DNA of 64,000 bases, taken from the NCBI GenBank assembly GCA_951406725.2, contig OX597825.1, positions 65,906,001 to 65,970,000 of the forward strand, given 5' to 3'. The notes under the pieces were generated by a model. That model was not told the origin of the DNA and did no database searches. It was given only the letters and a program-made list of their open reading frames with translations. Of the stretch, positions 1-17,395 are shown piece by piece. Position numbers and translations under genes: made by a program. The first letter of the stretch is position 1. Each line of letters opens with the position of its first letter. Source of the DNA: Octopus vulgaris. Its lineage: Eukaryota.

Positions 1-86
1 TATATACATATGTGTCTATATATACATATACATAAACGTAAGCACACACTTGAAAATAAGCACATTATTAATATGACTACTTGATA

Positions 87-127
<41 letters not shown>

Positions 128-135
128 TATATATT

Positions 136-168
<33 letters not shown>

Positions 169-299
169 CACATACATACTCACATGCATGCATTTATAAA
201 TACATATATACACACATACATAATCACGTAGCTTACTGATTTCAATAATTCGATTAATCTGCACAAGCAATAATGTTTTGTGTTGCTTCTACTCCAGAT

Positions 300-3200
<2,901 letters not shown>

Positions 3201-3545
3201 TTAGCCTAGAAATACGAGAGCACATTCAATGAGTAATTGAATGTTGTTCACTAGTAGTTCTTTTCTAACACAGTTAACATTTGAAGCATGTAAAAATATG
3301 GTGGCACGTAATCTACCTCTCTCTCTCCTTCTCTGTCTTCTTTTTGATTCCTCTTTCTCTCCCTCTTCCCTCTGTATCACGGTTCTATGAATGTGTGTAT
3401 ACGAATATATACTTATATGTATATATGCTTGTACGCACACATCCATATATATACATATATATATTATACATGTGCATTCGCATATCTATGCATCAATATA
3501 TATATATAACATAGATACATATATATATATATATACCTATGTATA

Positions 3546-3602
<57 letters not shown>

Positions 3603-3607
3603 GTACA

Positions 3608-3651
<44 letters not shown>

Positions 3652-3878
3652 TATGTATATACATATATATATATATATGAATATATATTAGTATATCTAT
3701 GTATATGTAAGTTTATATATGTATGCGTATAGTTATATATGTTTGCTCACATACATATCTCCGTATGTGCACATGCACGCATGCGTGAAGATATGCATTC
3801 TTATATTCACACTCATATTTGTATGTCTCTTTATGTGCATATATATATACATATACACATATATGTGTGCATGGGTGA

Positions 3879-3910
<32 letters not shown>

Positions 3911-4023
3911 ATTCATATATATTTATATCGGCATACCTTTATACATATATATATGTGTGTGTGTGGATATTTGTACATATGCATGTACATACAAAAACAC
4001 ATACACTCACACAGACACGCACA

Positions 4024-4088
<65 letters not shown>

Positions 4089-4243
4089 ACGCACGCACAC
4101 ACACATTGCTTTTATTACATACATGCAGTCGGCTTCATTAATTCTCGCAGAAAATTGGATGAAGAAAAACGAAAGATGGAGGGGAAGGGAATTTTCGCAT
4201 GTGTGCATGAGCGCGCGTGCGCGAGACCGTGTGTGTGTATGTA

Positions 4244-4308
<65 letters not shown>

Positions 4309-5950
4309 TAGAGTTGGTGGTATGATGAAATATATTTCGCTCTATATTAAAATATCTTCAAAAATAGGAAAGAAACCACGTGGGGAGGGCGGGGTGGATC
4401 CAACGCAAAGAATTGGTGGGGAGGAGTCGACGGCGAAGGAAACTTGAATTCAGAAATATAATTTCCACGTGTTATATACTTGTTGTTATTATTGTTGTTA
4501 TTGCTATTGATATCTTGCTGTTGTTTTTATTGTTGTTATTGTTATCTACGTGTTATATATTTGCTATTGTTATTATTATTATTATTGTTGTTGTTCTTGG
4601 TGTTGGTGTTGTTTTTGCCGTTGTTGTTGTTGTTGATAATATTGTTAGTGTTTTCTCTTTTGCAGTTGTTTGTTATTGCTGTTGTTGTTTTTGTTATTGT
4701 TGATATTGTTGTTCTTGTTGATAATATTCCTGTTGATATTATCATCATTGTTGTTGTAGTTGCTGTTGTTGTTGTTGCCTCGTCTTATTCTTTCTTATTA
4801 GTATTGATAACATCGCTTTCGCTGTTGTTGTAGTCGTTGTTATTGTTGTGCTATATTAATTCATTATATTAATTTTTATATTAATTTATTATATCATATT
4901 AATATTTTTTTATTAATTTATTGCTGTTGTCATTCCTATTTTTTTATAACATTGTTCTCTTTGTTTTCTTTTTCCTCTCAATAACAGTTACGATGTTGTT
5001 GTTGTTCCATATTAATTCTTTTATGTTCTTATTTATGCGTTGTTGTTATTATTGTCTTTATTAATTTGTTATTGTTTAGGCTGGTATCTTTCATTTTTGC
5101 TTATATTCTTTATAATTTTATTTTCTTTGCTGTTGATCAAAACGCTATTGTGAATGGTACTGATTCTTTTCAGACCGGGCAAGAAACCAGGATGGGGATT
5201 TATCACTTTGCTGGTGCAGCTATATCATTGTTGCCGATGGTGTTGTTGAATATCATGTTTGATCTCATGTAGTTTTTTTTTTTCCTTCTTGTTGCGGTTA
5301 TTGCTATTTCTGTTATTATTAATGCTTGTTTAGGGTGGCAACATGCGTTGTTGCGGTGTAATGGGCGGAGATAGAACCGTAGATTCGACTCAGTAGAATA
5401 TCGGATTAAATCTATTGTAATATTTGGTTACTTATATTAAATTTTCCGTTCCGATTTCAAATTCGACAGAGATCGACTTTGCATTTCATCCGTCCCAAAT
5501 TCAATAAAATAAGTATTAGTCAAGTACATAGGATCAATATGGGATACTATAAACTTTCAATGTATGGCCTTACGCCTATATCTGTGCAATCAATATTGCT
5601 GTTGTCGTTGTTATGATTGTTGTTGTTGTTGTTGTTGTTGTTTCCCATCGAGCAGGTCCCTGCATAATTGAATACGATCCAGTCGTAAACATTCTCTAAG
5701 TCGTGTTCTTCTTTTGTTTACTGAAGACAATCCAGTCAGTGCTACGTTATCAAGTGCTTTCCATTTTCAAAAAAAAACATTAGTCAGTAAACTGCTGGGG
5801 TATTTCCCTTCTACAACTATCAAATATAACGAATATTTAAAGCTCCTCCATTTCCTTTGCTGTATTAAAGAACACCGAATGCTGAAGAGAAAGAATCTAT
5901 TTTCTTCACTCATAAACATTGTTAGTGTTTCAGAAGATGGCGGAAACTGT

Positions 5951-6188
5951 TTCTTATTTCTTTATTGCCCACAAGGGGCTAAAAATAGAGGGGATAAGCA
6001 AGGACAGACAAACGGATTAAGTCGATTACATCGACCCCAGTGCGTAACTGGTACTTAATTTATCGACCCCGAAAGGATGAAAGGCAAAGTCGACCTCGGC
6101 GGAATTTGAACTCAGAACGTAAAGGCAGACGAAATACCGCTAAGCATTACGCTTAGAGTGTTAACGTTTCTGCCATCTCGCCGCCTTA
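5951..6188 (-). mobile_element. tRNA-derived SINE with Deu/Nin-like central domain, tail type A
   Basis: Minus strand reads GGCGGCGAGATGGCAGAAACGTTA (A-box-like), GAGTTCAAATTCC (B box), GCCTTTCATCCTTTCGGGGTCGATAAATTAAGTACCAG (Deu/Nin-like), then tail GCCCCTTGTGGGCAATAAAGAAAT. Near-identical copies at 15796 and 40737. Confidence 0.9.
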
Positions 6189-6384
6189 TTAGTCAGTGGA
6201 GGAAACTGTTTCTTTCTGACTGGGTAATTGATAATTTGGTGATGATGATTATGTCTGTCCTTGTCTTTCCTTGTTTGTCCCCTCTATGTTTAGCCCCTTG
6301 TGGGCAATAAAGAAATAAGAAACTCATAGATGACTTAACAAGCTCACAAAGTTTTGTTTTGTAAATTTTACTAAAAATCGTAAA

Positions 6385-8086
6385 AATGTGGAAAATTGGC
6401 CGGTTTGCTTGAGTTGCAAAAACTGCAACAGCAGCTGTAGGAGCAGCAACAGACAGATACAACAACGACAACTAATATTACAGCAACAAATGGTGCAACA
6501 ACTGAAGTCTTCGGGAAAGTCAGGAAACGTGTTCTCGCCAGACTATGTTGCCAATTCAATGAATGAATTCAAATACAAACCTGACGAAGAAGTTTCCTTC
6601 GAAGCATACTACAGAAGATATGAGCAAATCTTCAAGAAAGAATGTAAAGATTGGGACGACGAGATGGAAAGTCGCTTAATCTTGAGAAAACTGGCGCCAA
6701 CAGAACATGAACGATACAGTAATTATGTACTCCCAAGAATAATCGTTTGACGTAAAGTTTAATGACACAATAGATATATTGTGTAAGATTTTCAGTGTTA
6801 AAAGCTCATTGTTCAACACTCGTTGTGTCTGAACATAGAGAAAAACAACGTCGAAGACTCTATCAAATATACTGGTAAAATAAACAGGGAATACAAGAAG
6901 TTTAAGCTGGATTAATTAACGCCAGATATCTTCAGATGCCTGATTTTTACACAGAAACTAACTGCCGAAAATGACGCGAAAATCAGAACTAGAATTCTTG
7001 CAAAGCTGGTGCAAATCCAGGATGTAACACTACAAAAAGAGTCTGAAGAATGTGAAAGGGTATTCAAATTAAGACACGGCACACAGGAGATTGAACGTAA
7101 AGATTGTTTCCAAGTAAAACCAGTGCGGAATATTCTGAATAGAGATAAAGTGTTTTCTAAAAAACCCGACAAACATCAGGATATAAGCCCATGTTTTCCA
7201 TGTGATGGTATGCCCCTGAGGAAAAATTTTCCATTTAAAAAACGGATTGTTTTCGTTGTGGAAATATAGGTCATATAAAGTCGTACTGTGGAACGAAGAT
7301 GATAAAATGTCAGACAAAAATTAAAAGAATAAATAGTATGTCATCGGAAGAAATTGGCAATATAACGATGAGAAAATTCGTGAGGGTGAAAATCAGAAAT
7401 ACAACTGTTAAAATGCAGTTGGACAAGTATAGTGGTATTTCTATTATAACGAAAAAAACGTGGAAATATGCCGGTAAGCCGAATTTAATGGAAAGCTGAG
7501 TTGGCAAGATGGCGCAATTACCAAATGCATAGGTAAAATGATATACTGGGTGAAAAGTAGAAAGGAACAGAAGAGAGACACAGGAACCAACTAAAAAAGA
7601 GATTCGTGGAAAGCGAAACAAAAAAGTTGAAGGAACCGATGGAATGGTTTTACGATACGTTCCAAGTGCCAACGCCACTGCAGATGATTGAATCCAGGCG
7701 TACAAGTGAGAAGAAAAGAAAACATACAGAGATCCGGAAAAAAATATGCCAAGCGCAGCAAATATTAAATTGTACGACAAAAAAGAAAAACTCAAAAATG
7801 AGATGTGGGGTGAATATAAAATATCATTACTAAATAAAATGACTCTTATGGAAATTTTTAAAATGGGGAGATGTTGAAGGGAATCAGTAATGATGGCACA
7901 CACCTTGCACGTGACGAATGGAATAACCTAGTCACTATAAGTAAAGAGAGTACGTAGAGTACGAAAGTACGTGTAGACTGTGTTGATAGTCGTGTCTGTA
8001 ATATAACGATCCACATTTTGAGGATAATAACACTGAACGACTGCGGTCAGCTAGAAATATCCTATCGACGACTTCTGAATATAACA
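6385..8086 (+). mobile_element. Degenerate, internally deleted Ty3/gypsy LTR retrotransposon: gag, Zn knuckle, protease, integrase C-terminal tail, PPT, 3' LTR
   Basis: Gag-like SFEAYYRRYEQIFKKECKDWDDE...LRKLAPTEHERYSNYVLP; CFRCGNIGHIKSYC knuckle near 7247-7290; protease-like VKMQLDKYSGISII; WQDGAITKCIGKMIY integrase tail near 7502; PPT AAAATGGGGAGA then TGTTGA at 7872 and ATAACA at 8086. Frameshifts and stops present; RT, RNase H and integrase core missing. Confidence 0.82.
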
Positions 8087-8321
8087 ATATCTGTCAGAGC
8101 GATAACCGTCGTCAAAAGGCAGATACAACAGTGGTAAAAGATCGCTTTATAACAACTCTCCTGTACAGAATGCATCTCATCGGGTGTCTTGTTTTAAATA
8201 AGGTACATATATAGTTCTGTGTGTGTGAGTGCGTGTATGTGTTTGTGTGTGTGTGCCTATATATACATATGTGTGTATGTGTTTGTGTTTATGTGTCTAT
8301 ATATATATATATATATATATA

Positions 8322-8705
8322 GGCACAGGAGTGGCTCTTATTTTAAGAACCTTCCTTCCAAAACACATAATTCCGGGTTCAGTTCCACTGCGTGACATTT
8401 TGGGCGTCTTCTACTATAACCTCGGGCCAATCAAACTCTTATAAGTGGATTTGGTAGACGGAAATTGAAAGAAGCCCATCGTATTTACATGTGTGTGTGT
8501 GTTTGTCCACCACCGCCGCCTGATAACCGGTGTTGGTGTGTGTGCGCCCCCGTAACTTAGCAGTTCGGCAAAAGAACCCGATTGAGTGAGTACAGGCCTT
8601 AAAAAGAAAAAAAGGGTACTAGGGTCGATTCATTTGACTAAAAATGCTCAAGGTGGTGCCCCAGCATGGCCGCAGTCTAATAACTGAAACAAGCGAAAGA
8701 TAAGA
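8322..8705 (+). mobile_element. tRNA-derived CORE-type SINE with internal microsatellite (diverged copy)
   Basis: Colinear with the better copies at 27839 and 36615: head, GGATTTGGTAGACGGAAA, tail GGTGCCCCAGCATGGCCGCAGTC. Confidence 0.85.
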
Positions 8706-9273
8706 TGTATAAATTGAAGAGACCTATATATATATATATATGATTACTAAACACCCTATCGGTTAAACATAGTTGAAAATTAAACAGCAGAAATTATATT
8801 TGAATTTCGCTATTGTTGAACAACCGGGTTACTGTCTCATAGTTTTAGCAGTTACGTTTCCGATTTTGACGCCATATCTCATATCTCATATTGATTTTCT
8901 TGTATCATATACGTAACATCTTGTCGTATATGTCATTACTCTAACTCTTGTATGTTATATCTCGTATCAAATCTAACAGCTTACAATCTAATATCTCATA
9001 TATTGGTTCGATTCCCACATCTAATATATGATATTTCACAATGACATATCTATACAGATATCAAATTTCCATATCAACTCTCACACCCTATATCCAATAA
9101 TGCCTATCGTATTTCAGATCTCGCATAGCTTGTTCTTCCATGGATTGCTGGTTTCTGCTCTGCATGTGTATCCACTGATAAATTCGCCAAAGAACTGGAT
9201 GGATTGCTTTGTTCGTTCGCATTTCTCTCTTACTGATACACACGGACGGACGTATGAACGCAAGTGTTTGAAC

Positions 9274-9398
<125 letters not shown>

Positions 9399-9527
9399 AG
9401 CATTTATGTATTTGAATATATGTTTGTGTGTTTAAATATAGGTATATCTATGTGTATATACGCGTGTTTGCATAAGTACGCTGATACATATATACACATA
9501 TATATTTATATATACGTGCGTATATAA

Positions 9528-9576
<49 letters not shown>

Positions 9577-9709
9577 GGGAGAGAGAGAGAAGAGACCTAT
9601 ACCTAAATGTATGTATAATTATATATATACATATATAAATACATGTATGTATATGTATATAAGCATGTACATATCTGTATTTATACACAAACACGGACCC
9701 ACACACACG

Positions 9710-9763
<54 letters not shown>

Positions 9764-10036
9764 AATAGACACCCAGACTCAGATAAGCAGATATACAAAT
9801 AGATACAAACGTATATAAATATGCAGATATATATAGTATATCTAACACATAATATATACACTTTTCGCTTACGAAAGAGGACGAAAGAGCATGCTTGTTG
9901 GCGCTGATACTGAAAACAATGATAAATTCTTTGCTCACAGCGTAAACGTTGTTTGAAATAGATGGGCATATAGGTGGAATTTCACAGTTTTGGAAGATAA
10001 AAACATATCAAACAATACAGAATGCAAAAGAATATA

Positions 10037-10195
10037 GGCGTGGTTGTGTGGGTGAGAAGCCCATTTCTGAACTATGAGGTGCCGGGTTAAGTCCGACTAG
10101 GCGGCCCCTTGGACAAGTGTCTTCTCTTACAGCTCTTGGCTGAACAACGCCTTGTGAGTGGATTTTGTAGATGGAACACGAAAGAAGGCATCGTG
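10037..10195 (+). mobile_element. CORE-type SINE, 5' half
   Basis: GGCGTGGTTGTGTGGGTGAGAAGC...CCTTGGACAAGTGTCTTCT...GTGAGTGGATTTTGTAGATGGAA matches the family head. Confidence 0.75.
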
Positions 10196-10212
10196 TGTAC
10201 ACACACACACAC

Positions 10213-10975
<763 letters not shown>

Positions 10976-11693
10976 TGACTGAGTGATTGATTGACTGACT
11001 GACTGGCTGATTGATTGATTAATTGATTGATTGATTGATTGATTGATAGAGAGAGAGAGAAGTGGGGAGGAGAGTGTCTTACAGCTGTTTCTAGAAGATC
11101 CAAGCATGTGAATCATGATTTTCATTAAGGGTTCCATAAGCTAAGTATTACATCATCTTAGAGAGAGAAGACAGGAAATATAGAAGTGAAGAACATCCCC
11201 AATCGAGAATTGAGTAGTTTCCACTTCATCGAGAAATGAAAGGAGGATGAGGATGAAAAGTGTATGAATTGGCGAGCATTAAAAGTATGCGATTGGCTAT
11301 ATTCCTCATTTATATACTTTCTAACTTCGCTCTCTATGATAATGGAATACTTAGCTTATGAAATCCTTGCTCAATATCATGATCCACATGCATCGCTACA
11401 CTTGAAACAGCTGTAAGCTACTCTATCTTTTTATCATAACTACTCTATGTTTATATTCTCTATTCAAATTTAATTGGATTTTGGGGATGATACCAAATGT
11501 TTCCCTTTCTCATCTTTTATTTTGATCTATATCTACCCGCTCAAGGAAAAACCACTTATAGCCTCTTTCGATAGGCAGTTTCAACCGCACTTTTCATCTG
11601 CAATTCAAGCCGGGGTTTTAGTGATAAACCAAACTGAGCACTCCTGTTACATTATTATCAATTGACGAAAGTTCCATGTACATTCTCTCTTTG

Positions 11694-11769
<76 letters not shown>

Positions 11770-11831
11770 TTTAAGACTTTCTTTCTCTCCGTCACCGCTC
11801 GACAACTGATGTTGACCTGCTAACGTCCCCT

Positions 11832-12050
11832 ATATTCTTTTCTACTCTAGGCACAGGGCCCGAAATTTGGGGAAAGGGGGCCAGTTGATTAGATCAGTCC
11901 CAGTACGCAACTGTTATTTAATTTATCGACTCCGAAAGGATGAAAGTCAAAGTCGACCTCGAAGGAATTTGAACTCAGAACGTAAAGGCGGACGAAATGC
12001 CGCTAAGCATTTCGCCCGGCGTGCTAACGTTTCTGCCAGCTCTCCGCCTT
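11832..12050 (-). mobile_element. Deu/Nin-type SINE, tail type B, inserted into the 3' half of a CORE SINE
   Basis: Same head and body as 5951 but tail GGGCCCTGTGCCTAGAGTAGAAAAGAAT. TSD TAACGTCCCCT at 11821-11831 and 12051-12061. Confidence 0.88.
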
Positions 12051-12443
12051 TAACGTCCCCTGTATTAGCGGTTCGGCAAAATAATATTTGCTACACTTTA
12101 ATAATTACTACACTTTAAAATAAGTACTGAAACAAAATTGTTCAACTAAACCCTTCTGATATGAAAGCATCTCTAAGTGGGTATATATGTATGTATATAT
12201 ATAAATATGTATGCTTTTATGTACATACGTTTAAGGGTATATCTGTACATAAAAACGATATAAAAGCGTGCTAAAATGTAAAAATTGCAATTTATATTGG
12301 TAACTGGATAGTCGTGAAAGAAATTAGTGTTGGAAAATTATCTCATGATGGATGAGTATCAGAAGGGGGTCTCTAAATATTTTAGATAGAAAGTGTAAAC
12401 ATTGCCATGGTATTCCAAATATATATGAGGGAGGTGGGATTGC

Positions 12444-12482
<39 letters not shown>

Positions 12483-12508
12483 TACATATACACATATATA
12501 TATACGCG

Positions 12509-12546
<38 letters not shown>

Positions 12547-12614
12547 CACATACATGTATATATATACACACACACACATATATATAGACATATATATGTA
12601 TATATATACATATG

Positions 12615-12647
<33 letters not shown>

Positions 12648-13210
12648 ACGTACACAAACACAAATATATATAGAGAGAGAGGGTAGATACATATACATGC
12701 GCATGCAAATATGTACGTATATATATGTGTATGTGTGTGTGTGTGTACTTCAAAAGCAATTCCCACAAATACTAACACGTATATGCATTTATGTTTGCGC
12801 GCGTGTGTGTGTGTGCGTGTGTGTGTGTGTGTCTTACTGTTGAAGTCTATATGTTGCATAGAGAATTTACGAGTGAAGTAGTTTCATAAGAGGAAAAAAA
12901 GTACTTATTTTCCAATTGTCTTTCTCCCCATACAGTTAAATATTTATATCGTTATCTGCTGATCTTCACAAGTCTTTTGTACTCCTATCACCATTGCTAT
13001 CCATTTAAATGCAGAAGAGCGGTATAGTTATATGGTGATGTACGAATATGAATTGATATAATTTCATGTATATAAAATAACATGTATACACTTATATAAA
13101 TGGATGTGTGGGTAAGTGTGAATGTATATATATGCGTATATATATATATCCATGCGTACATACATTTTTTTTTAATTTGTATACATTCGGCTAAATATAC
13201 ATGTATTATG

Positions 13211-13269
<59 letters not shown>

Positions 13270-13483
13270 GTATATATAAATATATATATGTTTCTGGGCG
13301 TACATGCATTTATTCCACACAAAAGATATAAATGCAGATACTTAAATTATACATATATTTATTATATATATGCCTATATATATATTACAGAAATTGATAT
13401 ATCAATGAAAATATGTTCATATATATACGTGCCCACATATATACATATATACACACACACACATATATGTATATATATATATG

Positions 13484-13557
<74 letters not shown>

Positions 13558-13605
13558 TATGTATGTATATACTAATATAAATATATATGTGTGTGTGAGG
13601 ATATG

Positions 13606-13646
<41 letters not shown>

Positions 13647-14147
13647 CACAGAATTCCTGCACACAAGTGCGATCGATATACATATATACACACCACACGA
13701 TGCCTACACACACACACACGCACAAATACAGAGACTCACTAACATACATACACGCATTTGGAAATATGGAAATTCTATTTGTAAAATGTAAACACCTATC
13801 TATTATCTCACCTCTTATCGGAATCTTTCAACGAAGAATGTTATCTAACATGTACATCTCCCCACAGTTTCTTATTTCAGCACTCATTTGTCAATATGTC
13901 CTTTCCATATTCTGCGCACTTGATATCTGCTTCAGATAACTTTCGGCATTGTTTCTAAAGTATCTATATCTTCACTTCTCTATAATAAAGCTTATGCTTA
14001 AATTTGCTTCCAATATACATAATGCTAATATTGTTCCTAGGAAGAAGTGCTAAAGTTGATTTTATCAATTTTGGTATATTCCTAGTACTTCGGCTTTAAC
14101 ATATTTAATGTAAGCAACATACGTTAAATTTTTATAAGAGAGTTCAT

Positions 14148-14580
14148 AGAAGGACTTGTCCCAAACTTTGGCATCGAGAGTTACACAAATACTAGCACTG
14201 GGCGCCACTGCATAGTGCCAAGGACTCCAAATTTGTCATCAAGATGTAGGACAAGATACTGTGATAGCCTGGGCTTCCGAGGCCCACAGCTCTTCAATAT
14301 CCTCCCGAAGAACCTGAGAGACCTGCATGGGGTGGATGGAGATGTCTTTAAAATAAAACTGGATCTCTTCCTGTCAAGTGTCCCAGATGAACCAACTTCA
14401 CGGCCGGAGGTGCAGATGAGGGCAGCTGCATCGAACTCTCTCATGCACCAAATGGCAATTGCTAAAAAGCATTCGTGAAGTAAAATCATGTAGCAACACC
14501 AAATGGCGGTGCCCCAGCATGGCCACAGCTCGTGAGCTGAAACTAGATAAAATAAAATTTAATTAAAAAAATAAAATAAA
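14148..14580 (+). mobile_element. 3' end of a CR1/L2-group LINE (RT C-terminus + 3' UTR)
   Basis: EGLVPNFGIESY...RGPQLFNILPKNLRDLHGVDGDVFKIKLDLFLSSVPDEP...RAAASNSL; stop 14478; 3' UTR GGCGGTGCCCCAGCATGGCCACAG...CTGAAAC followed by (ATAAA)n. Confidence 0.85.
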
Positions 14581-14956
14581 GCATGATATGAAGAAAAACA
14601 CGATTTTTGTCCCCATTCAGAAGCATTGAGCAGCATCTCGTTTGAGCCCTCCAGCAACCTCAGCTTCTATGATTTTGCTTTCTTCTAGTCAGGGTTATTG
14701 GCCCACCGAAAATCTATTTTCCCTGTATGAAATGTTGGTCCACAATAGTCTGACCTCTGTTCTTTGGCCTATCAATCATGGGACGGGGACGGACTTCTAG
14801 GAGCTTACTCTCCGGTGGAATAGCTCCCAGGATCATTGATGCACGGCAAGTACACACAGCACCGCACGGACGGGAACTTGTGGTGGAAATAGCATTGACA
14901 AAATAACTAACTATATAAGAATGTAGATTTTAGGGTTTAAGAATGAAGAACATATA

Positions 14957-15030
<74 letters not shown>

Positions 15031-15294
15031 CGTGTGTGTGTAATTATACAGTTTTATTTCAAGATTTCTTGCCAGTAGATGAGAGCCGGTTTCTAACCTA
15101 GATCCCAGGCTACGTCATTGGAATTTCAACATCAACAGGGTATGTATGTATGTATTTATGTATGTATGTATGTATGTATGTATGTATGTATGTATGTATG
15201 TATGTATGTATGTATGTATGTATGTATGCATGCATGCATGTATTATGTATGTATGCATGTATGTATTTATGTATGTATTTATGTATGTATGTAT

Positions 15295-15455
15295 TCGCCA
15301 TGATAGATGTTTCTCTCCTTGTTTCTTTCAGTGTTCCTTTCTGTGGAAGAGCGTAGGCTCGAAACGTTAAAGACCTTTTCAATTCCCGAGCGTTATACTA
15401 ATACATCTACAACACTTGTCTTCGTCTTTTGTTTTTTTCATGAATTCTCCCCCTA
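15295..15455 (+). mobile_element. Short microsatellite-embedded repeat carrying a variant hammerhead motif (Penelope pLTR-like); second copy at 62821-63000
   Basis: Both copies run TCGCCATGATAGAT...CTGT(G/A)GAAGAGCGTAGGCTCGAAAC...GAGCGTTATACTAAT...TCTCCC. Confidence 0.65.
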
Positions 15456-15795
15456 TGTATGTATGTATGTATGTATGTATGTATGTATGTATGTATGTAT
15501 GTATGTATGCATGCATGCATGTATGTATGTATGTATGTATGTATGTATGCATTACGGAATCTCCCGTCGAAGACGACTTATGGGTGTTAAACTGTTGTTG
15601 AACAATCTACACAAATGATTTTGTTTATAATGATCAAATATATGTACTGCTCATTATCTCACTCTTTCCAGCAAATCGGCATTGAAATGATCACTGAACA
15701 ATGTGTAATGAAGTGTTTTGCTCAAGAATACAGCACACCACCCGGCACGAGAATCGAAGCCACGATCTAGCGATCGTTCGAGCAATGTCCTACCT

Positions 15796-16026
15796 ATTTC
15801 TTTATTACCCACAAGGAGCTAAATATAGAGGGGACAAACAAGGACAGACAAAGGTATTATGTCGATTACATCGACCCAGTGCGTAACTGGTACTTAATTT
15901 ATCGACCCCGAAAGGATGAAAGGCAAAGTCCACCTCGGCGGAATTTGAACTCAGAACATACCGGCAGACGAAATACCACTAAGCATTTCGCCCGGCGTGC
16001 TAACGTTTCTGCCAGCTCGCCGCCTT
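15796..16026 (-). mobile_element. Deu/Nin-type SINE, tail A, nested in the tRNA head of a V/Meta-type SINE
   Basis: TSD GCAATGTCCTACCT at 15782-15795 and 16031-16044. Host SINE flanks at 15700-15795 and 16031-16060. Confidence 0.9.
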
Positions 16027-16182
16027 GACGGCAATGTCCTACCTACTAAGCGACTCACGTACACACACACATACACACACACACTCATACACACACATAT
16101 CTATATGTACATACATATATACGTACACAAATACATACACACATCCATATAGGACAAATTAAGGTGATCATAAGTACAGTTA

Positions 16183-16597
16183 CTCTCTTTTACACTTTCA
16201 CTTGTTTCAGTCATTTGAGTGTGGCCATGCTGGAGCACCGCCTTTAGTCGAGCAAATCGACTCCAGGACTTAATCTTTCTAAGCTTAGTACTTATTCTAT
16301 CGGTCTATTTTGCCGAACTGCTAAGTTACGGGGACGTATACACACCACTATCGATTGTCAAGCCAAGTTGGGGGGACAAACACAGACACACAAACATATA
16401 CACGCACATGCATATATATGTGTACATATATACGACGGGCTTCTTTCAGTTTCCGTCTACCAGATCCACTCACAAGGCTTTGGTCGGCCCTAGGCTATAG
16501 TAGAAGACACTTGCTCGAGATGCTACGTAGTGGGACTGAACCCACAACCATGTGGATGGTAAGCAAGCTACTTACCACACAGCCACTCCTACGCCTT
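16183..16597 (-). mobile_element. CORE-type SINE, full length
   Basis: Reverse complement of the 27839 family consensus. Confidence 0.9.
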
Positions 16598-16920
16598 TAT
16601 GGATACATTGGAACAGCCATGCCGAGGCAGCGAACTACTACTAGGATGAAACCTATGAAGGGAACAATTTATATAAGCTTTCTTATGTATCTGGTTTGCA
16701 AGATATTTTATGTGAATTCATATGTTGAAACAAATTTTGTTATGTCTTGGTAGAGCGTGTGTTATAAATATTAGCGAAATAACTTTCCTTAGGCATAAGA
16801 AAATATATAAACTAATGTTTATCATAATTTATCATCCATTTTCTCTGTATACCATAAACAATAATACTACTATGTATACTACTGACCAAACCACTATACT
16901 GGAAGTTGCAAGATATGCTA

Positions 16921-17395
<475 letters not shown>

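Noticed and set aside
6581-6610. CTGACGA-AGAAG-tttc-CTTC-GAAG, HHR-like
   Set aside because: Inside the gag reading frame; no stem I or III.
14690-14885. Possible RTE 5' UTR (minus) with an HDV-like ribozyme
   Set aside because: Resemblance is from memory and I could not fold a nested double pseudoknot.
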